A stretch of DNA of 64,000 nt, taken from the NCBI RefSeq assembly GCF_006345805.1, contig NC_043002.1, positions 102,486,001 through 102,550,000 on the forward strand. The letters run 5' to 3'. The notes beneath the pieces were generated by a model. That model was not told the DNA's origin. It saw nothing but the letters and a program-made list of their open reading frames with translations, and did no database searches. Positions 11,880 through 24,302 of this stretch are shown here, one piece after another. The stretch comes from Octopus sinensis (taxonomy: Eukaryota). Made by a program: the position numbers and the translations under genes. How positions within the stretch are numbered: the first letter of the stretch is position 1; every line of letters begins with the position of its first letter.

Positions 11880-12375
11880 CCGTACCTATGAGAACCAACT
11901 ATGTGAAGTGCAGAATAGACAGCACTATCGACAGTGACAAATCAGAATGTGTGATGAGAGACGAGAAACGGTATGGTTCACCGTCAGCCCCGAATTGGTA
12001 CATGGCGAATAAAAAAGAGGACAAAAATGTCGCTAGAACGAACCATTCGGAGCTCTGTGGAAATCACGACCTATTATGAGTAAAGATGTGGTATGAGAAA
12101 AACCCCAGCATGGAGAAAGAAAATTGCAAATTCCTATGGGACGCAATGAACCAGTGTGATCACCTCACCAGACATACGAAACCGTACATTGTTGTGTTAA
12201 ATATAAAAGAAAAACCTGAATGATAATCGACATAGCTTTCCTCGGTGGCAACAAGATCAATGGAAACGAAGAAGAAAAGAATAAACTATAATGATTTGAA
12301 GTGGGAAATACGAAGACTGTGGTCAATGAGGAGAGCAGACGTGATACGAATAGTGATTGGTGCACTTGGGAGACT
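11880..12375 (+). mobile_element. R4/Dong-like LINE fragment (CCHC plus RLE), decayed
   Basis: Frameshifted translation: RTNYVKCRID..DK..HSELCGNHDLL..WYE..KFLWD..IIDIAF..NDLKWEIRRLWSMRRADVIRIVIGALG. Confidence 0.85.
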
Positions 12376-12499
12376 CAACACGGACGCCTGAATTAAGTGC
12401 GTGGAGTAGGTAGTGCTGCCCTGGTTCAAGAGGGTGGCTGCTGGAAGACCTTATCTCAGGCAACAGGACACTGCGAAATGTAACACAAGTGGGAATTCC

Positions 12500-12900
12500 T
12501 AGTGATGTCTGTTAGACAATGCCTGCAACGATATCATCCCTAAGATCTGGCCAACTAACTCCTCACACTGCAAATCCCTTGATTCTTATGTGTGGGGCGC
12601 AGTTGACCGAGAGACAAACAAAACTCCTTGTAACACCAAAGATCAACTGAGGCAAGGATTATGGCAACATTCCCCAACTTAAACAAGGAGACCGTTCAGG
12701 CGAGATGCAAGAGAGTCCGAAGTCGCCTGGAGGCTGCAGTTGAGGCTAATGGGGAATTTCCATTTATTGAATAAATTTACTTTTTGCTATTTCAAGATAC
12801 TTCTATGTACATTTTGTAAATATATCTGTTAAAATGAGATCCTAGTGTTATTTTTTATTTATGCATAATTTAGACGACAATATATTCACCGCACCTTGCA
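12500..12900 (+). pseudogene. Tc1/mariner transposase C-terminal remnant (maT/DD37D-like), with probable terminal repeat
   Basis: IWPTNSSHCKSLDSYVWGAVDRETNKTPCNTKDQL..LNKETVQARCKRVRSRLEAAVEANGEF resembles the WPPNSPDLNPLDYxVWG motif and the C-terminus of this group. Subfamily assignment is tentative. Confidence 0.8.
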
Positions 12901-13131
12901 TGAATACATATAAAGTGAGACAGAGATAGGCAGATAAGTAGACAGACAGATATATAGATAGAATGGTAGCATATTGGTTCAGACTCCCATCCGTAGTTAG
13001 GTAGACAGAGGAATAGTTTCTAAGATATTTCGAAACAGAAATACTTGGGTCAATATGTGTTTGTTGTTGTATGTATTATGTATGTATGTATGTATGTATG
13101 TATGTAGTATGTATGTATGTATGTATGTATG

Positions 13132-13201
<70 letters not shown>

Positions 13202-14200
13202 TTTACGTACTCAAACATATATTTATGTGTGTGTGTGTGTATTTATATATATATACACACATGTACGTACTCAATCATATAGTATGTGTGTGTGAGTGTG
13301 TGTGTGTGTATAAATATATGACTGCGGGTAAGTACACACACACTCACACACACAAACACACACACACACACGCGCGCACACACACACACATACACACACA
13401 TATATATATACGGACTGACTCCACTATTTCTGTACGTGTGTGTATAGATATATTTATATATACTTACATATATACACATATACGTGTGTATGTGTAATTG
13501 TGTGTGTATGTGTGTGTATACGTATGTATAAACATTCACAATTACATACATACGTGCCTACATACATTCATACACCTATATTCGTACATACATATATATT
13601 CTTATTTAAAAAAGAAGAAGAAAAAAAAACAACGTCTATGCATTGTAGCGTAATGTATCTTTGAATTAGTCAAGGTAATAATGATGGCTCCCAAAATACC
13701 TTGCTTTACCTACGCTTAATGAGCAATATTGCATTTGTACATCCGGTTCACACGAGTATCATCCTACACTACACCAACATCACCGCCAACAGATGCTGAA
13801 TCAGACAGAAACGCATCATCACCACAAGCAGCAGCCGAAGATGGAGCTTAACTAGGTCAAAATTGATAGTTACGTCTATAATTAACTCTTTGTTAAGCGT
13901 CATGGAATTCAGCGCCCGTGGGGGGCACATAGCGACGTTCTAGACGTATTTATTGCTTGTTTAGTGCTTTTTCACTATTTTTTTTTCGGCTTTCTGGGAA
14001 TAATTTTTCTTCTTAGATTTACTTTGCCCGTATCTCTATTTTTTATCTTTTCCACTTTTTAACCTTTCACTCTATAACATCATTTTCATCATTATACTCC
14101 TCAACATCGTCATCATCGTCATCACAAGCAGTTCTCTCATCTTCGTTATTTAGTATTAGCATAAATGCTGTCTGTAGTAGTTAAGGCGCGCGCGTCTGTA

Positions 14201-14286
<86 letters not shown>

Positions 14287-14397
14287 CATACATATATATA
14301 TATATATAATATATATATATATATATACATACATAAATATTATTTATATATTTATTATATAAATTATATACCATCTTTATACACATATATATATACA

Positions 14398-14436
<39 letters not shown>

Positions 14437-14646
14437 CGTTTTGTGTGAGTGGATATGTATACGTACAGAGAAATATACAAGCACATATACATGTATATAT
14501 TGATCAACGTTTGCATGTGTGTATATATGCATATACATCCAACCAAGCACATATAATTATAAAGAAGTAGACACACATACATTTATATCTACTGTGCGGC
14601 AATCTCTCTATCTCCCTCCCTCCTTTCTCTCTCTCTCTCTCTCTGC

Positions 14647-14708
<62 letters not shown>

Positions 14709-15200
14709 GTTTATATATCCAAATATGAGTGAGTTCGTGTGAGTGTGTATGCATAGACAAAAAGTAGGATGTATGTGCGAATTATTGTGCGTGTGTAAAT
14801 GTAAATGCTGGCTTCTATATGCTGAACTACGTCTGAGTTTGTGCTTGAGGAGGAAATAGGAATAAATATAGACGCATAGAGAGAGACATGCAGAAAATAG
14901 AGAAAAAAAAACTTGTTGAAATTTGAGGAGAGAAGATAGACAAGATAACTTATAGAGTAAAGATCATGATAGAATAGGTTATGTGTGTGTCTATGAAAAT
15001 AGCAGAGAAACTGTCAGGTAGATGATGTGAATTAGTGTAGTGTAAAGGGGAAGAAGGATTGTGCAGACTTACATAAATACAAATTGTAGAATTACATTCG
15101 CTTCGATATCTACATGTAAGATACACCACTCAAATATATACATGCGTAGACACACACACACACACATACATATATGTAAGTGTGTGTGTGTGTGTGCATG

Positions 15201-15237
<37 letters not shown>

Positions 15238-15600
15238 GTCATATATATATATATATATATACAAATGTATATATATATGTGTACATAAATATCTATATAC
15301 ATATATATGTATATATATATATATATACATTTATATGTATATATATATTATATACATATAAAGTATATATATAAATATATATATAGAGAGATATATAGAT
15401 AGGTAGAAAAATAGATAAATAGATAGCGATGTTGATAGAGAGATATATGCATACGCACATATATACATACATATATACATATAATATATATATATATATA
15501 TATACACACACATGTATTTATGTACATATGTATGCATATTTCTGTATATGTATATATACATACACACATAGACACACACACACAGACACACAGACACACA

Positions 15601-15671
<71 letters not shown>

Positions 15672-15675
<4 letters not shown>

Positions 15676-16896
15676 GTTAATAAAATAGAACATATGCATA
15701 TATATAAACATATATGTACGTACCTACCTCTACATGTACATATACACGCATATATGTGTACAGGACACCAAAAAGACGTCGAACACATAGAGAGACGAAA
15801 AACATAGACACAAGCCAAGGAACAAGACAAGCAAAAAAAGAGAGAAAAAAAAAGGGGAGAAAAAAAAAAAAAAAGAGATACAGGACAATAAGCACAACGA
15901 AAAATCCCCTTCTTCAGTCGCTAAGGTTTCATCTACTAAACGTTTCGAAGGATAAAAGCGAGATGTATACTTCGAAGAAAACTTCCTTCCTGCGAAAAGC
16001 AAATCAATTAAAATTCTGAGATCTTTTCGCAGAGGGGTAAAAAAAAGCAAGACGGTAACGACAGTACAAACATATAAACAGTAAAAAAATATATATATAA
16101 ACAGTGGAAAAATAAATATATAACAGTGAGAGACAGGACAAGGAGAACAAGATAAGAAGGGCTGTTAACGCTAGACGAAAAAAGTATTGCAAACGCTGGA
16201 TTATAGTGGACGACGAGAGAGAAAAAATGTCGACCAGTAGCCTTAGAAGGCGGGCGAGAAAAGACAGGATAGCAGTACGACGGAAGTATCGTCGCAGATG
16301 GACGACGGGAATGGGGGAGGAGGAGAGCAAGAGGAAGAGAGAGAAGAAGGGGAATGGTGCGAGGAGACATGAGAATGGTGAAAGGGAGAGAGAGAATGAA
16401 GAATGAGAGAGAGAGGAAGAGACAGTTTAAGTGAGGGAAAAAAGACGAAAAAGGGAATGGAGAGAAGAGAAAGATGCAGAGTCGCGTGAGAGTTAATATC
16501 AAGGCTAACTTGATAAACAGAACAATCTTACTTAATAGGGTGCGTGCGTTTAGTCGTATAATATGTTAATAAAATAGAACATATGCATATATATAAACAT
16601 ATATGTACGTACCTACCTCTACATGTACATATACACGCATATATGTGTACAGGACACCAAAAAGACGTCGAACACATAGAGAGACGAAAAACATAGACAC
16701 AAACCAAGGAACAAGACAAGCAAAAAAAGAGAGAAAAAAAAAGGGGGAGAAAAAAAAAAAAAAAAAAGAGATACAGGACAATAAGCACAACGAAAAATCC
16801 CCTTCTTCAGTCGCTAAGGTTTCATCTACTAAACGTTTCGAAGGATAAAAGCGAGACGTATTCTTCGAAGAAAACTTCCTTCCTGCGAAAAGCAAA
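15672..16896. repeat. Partial-tandem or LTR-like element: two ~334-bp direct repeats (15672-16003, 16561-16896), period 889 bp
   Basis: The copies differ by about 3 substitutions (aagcc/aaacc, gatgtatac/gacgtattc) plus homopolymer lengths. The ~557-bp spacer is purine-rich and the left end abuts (CA)n(TA)n. Confidence 0.9.
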
Positions 16897-16998
16897 CGTC
16901 CATTGTGAAAAATGATCAGCAACGGCTGGTTAGCTCACTGCAATATAAATATAGATGTGTGTGTGGGTGGGGGTGAATGTGTGTATACATATATATTA

Positions 16999-17033
<35 letters not shown>

Positions 17034-17205
17034 GTAGGTATATGTATATTATATATATATACATATACCTACATATATATAATATATATATATATATATT
17101 TACATATATATGTATACACACATTCACCCCCACCCACACACACATCTATATTTATATTGCAGTGAGCTAACCAGCCGTTGCTGATCATTTTTCACAATGG
17201 ACGTT
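16895..17205. repeat. Perfect 102-bp inverted repeat around a 107-bp TA-rich spacer
   Basis: 16895-16996 (aacgtccattgtgaaaaatgatcagc..gtgtatacatatatat) is the exact reverse complement of 17104-17205. Confidence 0.95.
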
Positions 17206-17460
17206 CTTGGTGAACCTTCGGCACACCAAGACCACGTAAGTTGTATTTTCCAGGTTTTGTCGACGGATTTCCACATCTATTTTACCACACACCCTTGCAA
17301 ATTATGGAGCGAAGCTTTTTATACATTAATAAAGCATTGTTGAAAATGAATTAATCTCTCTAATCCCCTCGGAACCAATTTTGTTCCGTTTATTTGTTTG
17401 TTTGTTTTGCACTACGTAATATGAGACGCTTTTACGGTAAAAAAAAAAATAATAATAATA

Positions 17461-17965
17461 AATGCCCTGATGCAGTACCAGACAGTGGCTATCGTAGCTT
17501 CTGATTGGAAGTGTTATCATGTACATTGTTTTGTCGTGGTATAAAAGATGGGCTCCAGCAAATATTCTGCTCAATACCACAGATTTGCTTGTCAGCCGTT
17601 TGACCTTAGTGGCTGACGATATGTGCATCTCTGATCCCGAGCAGAAGTAATGGGGGAGCATCATAGCCATGTGCTGAGGGATTCTTTGAGGTTTGAATAA
17701 TTCACCTCTGGAAACATGGGTGTTTCGTTCAACATCCTTAAACAACCCTTATTTAGTGACGATTTAAGCGGGATGGGTTACTCAAGCAGAAGAAAATTCT
17801 AACTGGGCCCCACCTGCAAGGTTATGAGCTGTTTATCTTGATATAAGATCACAATGTCGCGCACATATGCTTGTGATGCATGTGCCTAGTGTACCCTTAT
17901 CAGACGGGTAGTCTAGATGGGCATGTACACTGGGCTTCGTATATTTTAACCCAGTGTCACTTTCA
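17461..17965. mobile_element. Unclassified interspersed repeat embedded in (AAT)n
   Basis: Shares ordered blocks (agtggct.tcgtagcttctgat, gattggaagtgttatcatgtacattgtttt, tctgctcaataccacagat, atcagacgggtag, ctgggcttcg, tgtcacttt) with 54690-54905. Both copies are flanked by AAT-type arrays. Confidence 0.75.
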
Positions 17966-18755
17966 TAATAATAATAATAATAATAATAATAGTAATAATA
18001 AAAATAATAAAATAAAAAATGAAAATATATGAATTGTTTGAAACATTCCCCCGCATTCAATGCTGACTTTTCGCATCTATTTTTATACGACCCATTTAGA
18101 AACGATGGTTGTAGCCTTGAAGTTTAAAATGATTGTTTGTAAATCGGGGATCAACAGGACAACCCACACTTTGCAACAGAAAACAAAACAATTTGAAAAC
18201 AATGAATTCTCATCCAGCTTTTTCATTAACCAAACCACCTCTCCTCAGACGGCAAGATTCCGAGTTTTCGTAACTTTTTAATTCATGGTTTTAAAATACG
18301 GACATGTCGAATCTGCAAATTGTTCCTGTTTTTAATTTCAAAATTATTCTTATACGTAAAGTCGTGTGATTTATGGGAGATTTTTAGGACATCACACGAC
18401 CACTAGATACCTTCCTCGTTTCTTTATCACTCGGGCATTGGTGTTTCTCAGAAATGATTATCGCCATAAAATCATTTATCGAACGATTACGCCCTGGTCC
18501 ATTGCTGGGATTTAAACAGCAACGAATGATAATTGTAATAAGAATTTTTAACCATACTCCTGCACCAAGTGACTCCATTTATTTGAGTGTGTGTAAAAAG
18601 AAACGTACTTACTGAACTGAAAAGCATGCTATTAAAATAAATTACCTTTTACATATCTTTTTAAAATTAACTAGGCATCCTAATGAAATTCCTGACGTTC
18701 ATGCATACACACATACTCAGCGTAAGCGATATACATTAAGAGAGTGAGAAAGTGT

Positions 18756-18790
<35 letters not shown>

Positions 18791-19319
18791 AGGGGAATGA
18801 TTTACAATGAGAAAGGGAAAATAGAGAGAGAGAGAGAGAATGAAAGAGTCAGACAGGGGAAAGAGAGAAATAGATAGGGGGAGAGGGAGAGAGAGAGGGG
18901 GAGAGAGAGAGGCGTTTTCTGTTGCAGTCGCAGATTTTGAAATTTTAAAATTAACTGAAAATTCTCGAATTCGGTGTGTACATTTTTACGCCCCCTCCGA
19001 GTTTTAATTCGTTTATTCCAGAAACATTTCAGGAAAATGTTACAGAGTTTTGAATTTGATCATTTTTACCTATCGCAAAGACAGGACTCGGAAGCTGACG
19101 TTTTGTGCATGGTGAAAGTAACCGTTGTAAGACGAAGTATTAAACAAAATGAAAGCAATGCGTGGGAGATAATACATATAGAAAGGTAGAGACAGTGAGA
19201 GTGAATGAGTGTTAAAGAGTAAGTTGAATATAGAGAGATAGTTAGGTGTGTGTGTGTTTGTGTATCTATCTATCTGTCTATCTATCTATAAAAAGAAATA
19301 TAACATGTGACTTCATTGA

Positions 19320-19630
19320 CCGAGGTCACCGTGGTCTTTTCCGTAGGCTTTTCTTTCCACGGGTAAACCTCACCTGTCCTCCCCTTTACACTTCATATTG
19401 ACATTTCTGTGATAACCATCCCTATTGATCAATTTTTTTTCCTTTCCATTTTTTCCTCACCTTTTTTAAATTTTATTTTATCCCCCCCCCCCTTTTTTTG
19501 TCCTCTTTCTTTCCATTTACGATCCCTTTTGATCGAAAACCAAACCCCCTTCTTTTACCCCCAAAGAAAAGCTCTACCTTGTAATTTTGTCCTGTCTTTG
19601 TGCAGCCCTGTGTGGCTAAAAAAGAAACAT
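19320..19630 (+). mobile_element. 5'-truncated 3'-end copy of the adjacent Tx1-like LINE
   Basis: Aligns with about 20885-21092 (taggctttt.ctttccacgg.taaacc, ttgacatttctgtgata, cagccctgtgtggc.aa.aaagaaacatatctatct). (TCTA)n lies upstream (19263-19288) and downstream (19631-19665). Confidence 0.8.
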
Positions 19631-19665
19631 ATCTATCTATCTATCTATCTATCTATTTATCTATG

Positions 19666-21092
19666 GACAGAGATAGGAATAGATGGGGATTCAAATACCT
19701 CAGAGATCTGCTCAGACGCTTTCAACTGTCTGACAGGTACCGTCTCGACCCCTCGAATGCGCCAACGTGGACATAGAGCAAACGCATCGGGTCGTCGAGA
19801 TCGTATCTAGATAGGATACTGTGTAGAACAGTAGATAGAGATAGCGTCGAGTGTCCACAATTACACATAGTCAGCTACACGGATCACAAACTTGAGAGGT
19901 GTACGCTAGACTTAGATAAGACACAGAGGCTGGGTTCGGGTACTGGAAACTAAACGCGCCTTTCCCATCGAGAGAGGTTTTCAGAGACCAGATTAGCATA
20001 CTAGTGTGGTCGCTGTTTGTGAGGCGCGCTTTCCGCAGTTCGTCTCCCTGACCGAACTGCAGTCATGGATCAACAAATAGACCGAGGAAGAGCGAATGGC
20101 ACCGATAGTGTCGCGTTGCTCTCAAGCAGCTATGCCGTCCCGGTTCGACCTTGAGTGACTGCAAGACAACCAAAGCATTCTATAGGGTATTAGTGGATGG
20201 GAAGTTACGAGGACGATCTTGGAGCGAACCTTGGCTTCGACGAGGAATACCTGACAAGCCTGTTCAAGACGACTTTCGGACCGGGACCTATGGATAACTT
20301 CCAGAGATCCCTGGCCTGGCAATGCTATCGAGAAGCGCTACCCGTTCGACATAAGCTCTACAGGCATGGCTCGAGAAACACGGGGCTGACCTGTCCGAGA
20401 TACGGGTCAGAGCGACGAAGACGTTGTGTACGCACTCGTACAGTGTCCAACCATTTCCGACATGTGGGCCTATGCCGAACGGCTGCTATGTCGAACTGGA
20501 ACGAGTCGGTTTATCATCCGAGTCTATTGTGAATATTGTCGCGCCTCGTTCCTTGAAACGGGAAAGAAGAGCCATTTTCATCGTACTTGTGGATACGGCG
20601 AAGAATGTGTATAGTGGACGCGTCTGAAAGATCTAGAGACAAACACTTTCCTCTCTGGTCAGTCTATAATCCTCTTCTTCAAGTGTCACTTGAAGAGCAA
20701 GGTGAGAGTAGAGAGGGAAGTTTTGTCAAATGAATATTTAAAAAAAATGATGGGTGAATATAGCAAGGATGGCACATGTGAATGACGGAGCCAGCTTGAG
20801 CAGAATCCTATGAACCAAAACATAAGAAAGGAAAAAAGAGACCCACTTACTCTAATGTGTTTTTTGCATGACACTATTGCCCAACGTTCCCGAGGAGTTT
20901 TCCTTAGGCTTTTCTTTCCACGGATAAACCCAAAATGGTTTCCCTTTTTACATTGACATTTCTGTGATACACGATCCCTATTCATCGATCCGCCTTTTTT
21001 CTTTTTTTCTTCTCTTCCTCTTCCCCAAAAGAAAAGTTCTACTTTGTATTTTGTCCCCTCTATGTTCAGCCCTGTGTGGCCAATAAAGAAAC
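19666..21092 (+). mobile_element. Tx1/L1-clade LINE, 5'-truncated and internally deleted (APE C-half joined to the C-terminal CCHC region; no RT)
   Basis: From 19681: PTWT*..SYLDRILC..SYTDHK..LGSGYWKLNA (GYWKLN at 19938-19955), the L1/Tx1 endonuclease end. From about 20003 it passes to post-RT sequence TTKAFYRVL..SLAWQCYREALPVRHKL..TCPR..ALVQCPTISDMWAYAERLL. A T/C-rich 3' UTR and (TCTA)n follow. Confidence 0.85.
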
Positions 21093-21093
21093 A

Positions 21094-21271
<178 letters not shown>

Positions 21272-22334
21272 GATATATATATATATACACACACAGATAG
21301 ATATAGATATAAGTATTTATAAATATATGACTGTATTATATGTATGTATATATAAATACATGTGCGTATATGTAGTTGCATGTTTAAATATATGTAAGAG
21401 ACTGTATATGAGCGAGCGTACTCGTAATCTCACACTCTCGTGAGTGGTTTCTAGCCTCCTGTAATCTTATGCTGGTGAGAGAGTATTTATTTGATATTCT
21501 TGTGTGCAAATATGTTTGTGTGTGTGTGTGTGTGTATGTGTGTGCGCGCGCGTGCGTGTGTATTTTACACTGCTTAGAAGAGTGCGGTTATGTGTTTGCG
21601 ATTGTGTCCGTGTTCTTCTAAGCGTGAAACTAAGGAATGTTACGAAGTAAAAGCTGAGAAGCAATAACTGAGTCGCGAACACAGACTGGTCTTCCACCCT
21701 CTACTCCCCACCTCCCCACCCCTCCACCACCACCACCACCTACAGAGCCGTCTATTTTGGATTCACTGAATTATCTCTATCAACGATAGGGTTAACAAGT
21801 TTGATAGATCACATTACACCCGAACGTTACGTCACCATCACCTGCAGAGTTAGCAACAGCATTACCACCACTCTCCCTACCACCACCACCATCACCATCG
21901 TCATCATCATCATCATCATTATCATTTAGTAAACTGAGAATGAATAACTTAGTATATCTCTGTTCTGTCGATCCCCACAAAAAACGATGTTGGTCTTACT
22001 TCTGCAAATCTGTGTTGAAGCTCTCGCAAGAATATACGAAGTTATATATTTGATATAATTATCCAAGAGACTTTTTTGAGCCCACCAATTTGTCTTTAAG
22101 TCATGGTTTTGTAGTTAACAATTTCGTAATTCAGTTACGTGTCTACGAATTCTATCGGTTTGTATGAAATTTTTCTGCGCTTTACTTAAAACATAGTCTT
22201 CATTCACAGATTGTATGATTATATATCTAACGGACTCATGTGTGACAAAATCCATGAGTCTCAAATGAATCTATTGTTAATTGTATTAGTTAAACATGTG
22301 CAATTGTAGGACTGTGTCCTAAGAAGTTTCCTTC

Positions 22335-22625
22335 TCAAACACTAGGCTGAAGGTCCAGTCCCACTTCGTCCAGCTTTGCGCAAGTGTCTTCCACTCCGGT
22401 CGACGAAAGACTTTAGACTGGATTTGGTAGACGGAAACTAGAAGAAGCCCGTTGCATACACATATACTTACGCACGCACACACGTATGTATGTATGTATG
22501 TATGAATGTATGTATGAATGTATATGAGTGTGTGTGGTTAATTGTGTATGTGTTCGTCTCACCAACACTCGACAGCCAGTGCTGGTCTGCTTACTTCCCC
22601 ATAACTTCGCAGTTCTGCAAAAGTT
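22335..22625 (+). mobile_element. Old degenerate SINE-A
   Basis: ccagtcccact..gcaagtgtctt..tggatttggtagacggaaactagaagaagcccg, then a (TATG)n tract and a diverged 3' module. Confidence 0.65.
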
Positions 22626-23172
22626 TTCTAAAGTTCTTCAAAGTGATGCTCCCAACATGGCCGCCGTCCAATAATTGAAACAATCTAAAGATCAAATATA
22701 TATTTTTACGGATTGTTCAAATATCAGTTTTATAAAATTCACTTGCATTTTTTTTTCTTTTCAGTGTGGAACAAAAGATGTGAACTTACAACGAATCACT
22801 TTAAATGACGACTGAATTTGAATGGATGGCAGAATAGTGTTTCCGAATTGTGGAGTGGAGTGAAGAAAACCGAAAAAATGGATATGTCGGTGACATGAAA
22901 GAAACAGACCCGAGAAGAAAGAACGATATATATATATATATTGTGGAGACATATTTTTGTAGAAAAAGGAAATAGTAGTCCTTTGGCTGCTATTTCTAAA
23001 ATTTTCGCTACGTGGTCAAGCAACTTGTTGCTAAATCCTTATTGTTATATTTATATATTAAAAAAAAATTTTGTATAAGTTTTTACAGAATATGGTCCTT
23101 TTCCATACCTAAATACTACTAGGTGAAATTTGTTGATTTTATTAAATAATCTTTCACCCTATATCTGTAATG

Positions 23173-23231
<59 letters not shown>

Positions 23232-23403
23232 CTGCGTTAGCGCGCGTCTGTGTGTGGATTTATATATTTTTGCATTTGTGTCTGTATGCATAATTAGCTA
23301 TGTAGTTATTTAGATATATATTTAACAACTACACAAACGTGTTTATAAATGTATGCATGTAAATATGTATACATATATACATACTTTATACATATATTTC
23401 TAA

Positions 23404-23441
<38 letters not shown>

Positions 23442-23798
23442 AATATGTATAATATATGTATTAATACACACGCACATACACACATACGAGCGTCCATATT
23501 ACTGTAAGGAATTCATACTCATTTCGTACGTTCTTCATTTCTGAGACCCAACTGTTAGGAATTCTGAAGTCCCTGCCAAAATGGCAAACGTCCCGATATC
23601 ATCCACGGCTGGTTGACAATGGCATATATTATTTACCCCCATCCCCCATCAAGGTATAGATAACGCCGAAAGATAAGCGAATTTGATAGATAACTACTCT
23701 TAGTAGAATGTTGGTTGACAGCAGGTTATCTGCTACCTTTTTCATCGACCACAACTGCTTAACTTCCCAAGCTAACCTGCCATGTCTTTCGACTTTTC

Positions 23799-23975
<177 letters not shown>

Positions 23976-24302
23976 TCTCTATCTCTATTTATATATTTGT
24001 TGCCTAAATCGTAGTGCACTTATATATATCCGGGGTACGCAGTTCCTGAACTACTTGCTTTAAGTCGCTGTGTCTGTAGCGATACGTGTCAATGACCGCA
24101 CTGAGCATGCTTGAGAATAGCTACACAGACACCTGCACAAACATCACACTGTAAATATGATTAGTCGGAATTAGGCTCTTTGCTAGAAGACGAGGGTACG
24201 TAGGCTAGACAGCAGACATGTAGCCGTCAAGCGTGTATATCTAAGTATGACGTCGTAATTGCACACTGATTGTGGAAACCGGCAGTGTTTACTGGTGTAA
24301 AG

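Noticed and set aside
13740-13855. Pro/Ser/His-rich stretch that reads like an exon
   Set aside because: No acceptor AG, short frames ending in stops, and low complexity.
15904-15953. Type II hammerhead reading of GAAACGUU...CUGAAGA on the minus strand of the direct repeats
   Set aside because: Stem II is plausible but stem I cannot pair (UAGUAG against UAGCGA). Kept only as a motif resemblance.
16206-16406. Arg/Glu/Lys-rich protamine-like ORF
   Set aside because: It is a compositional effect of the purine-rich spacer, with no splice or homology support.
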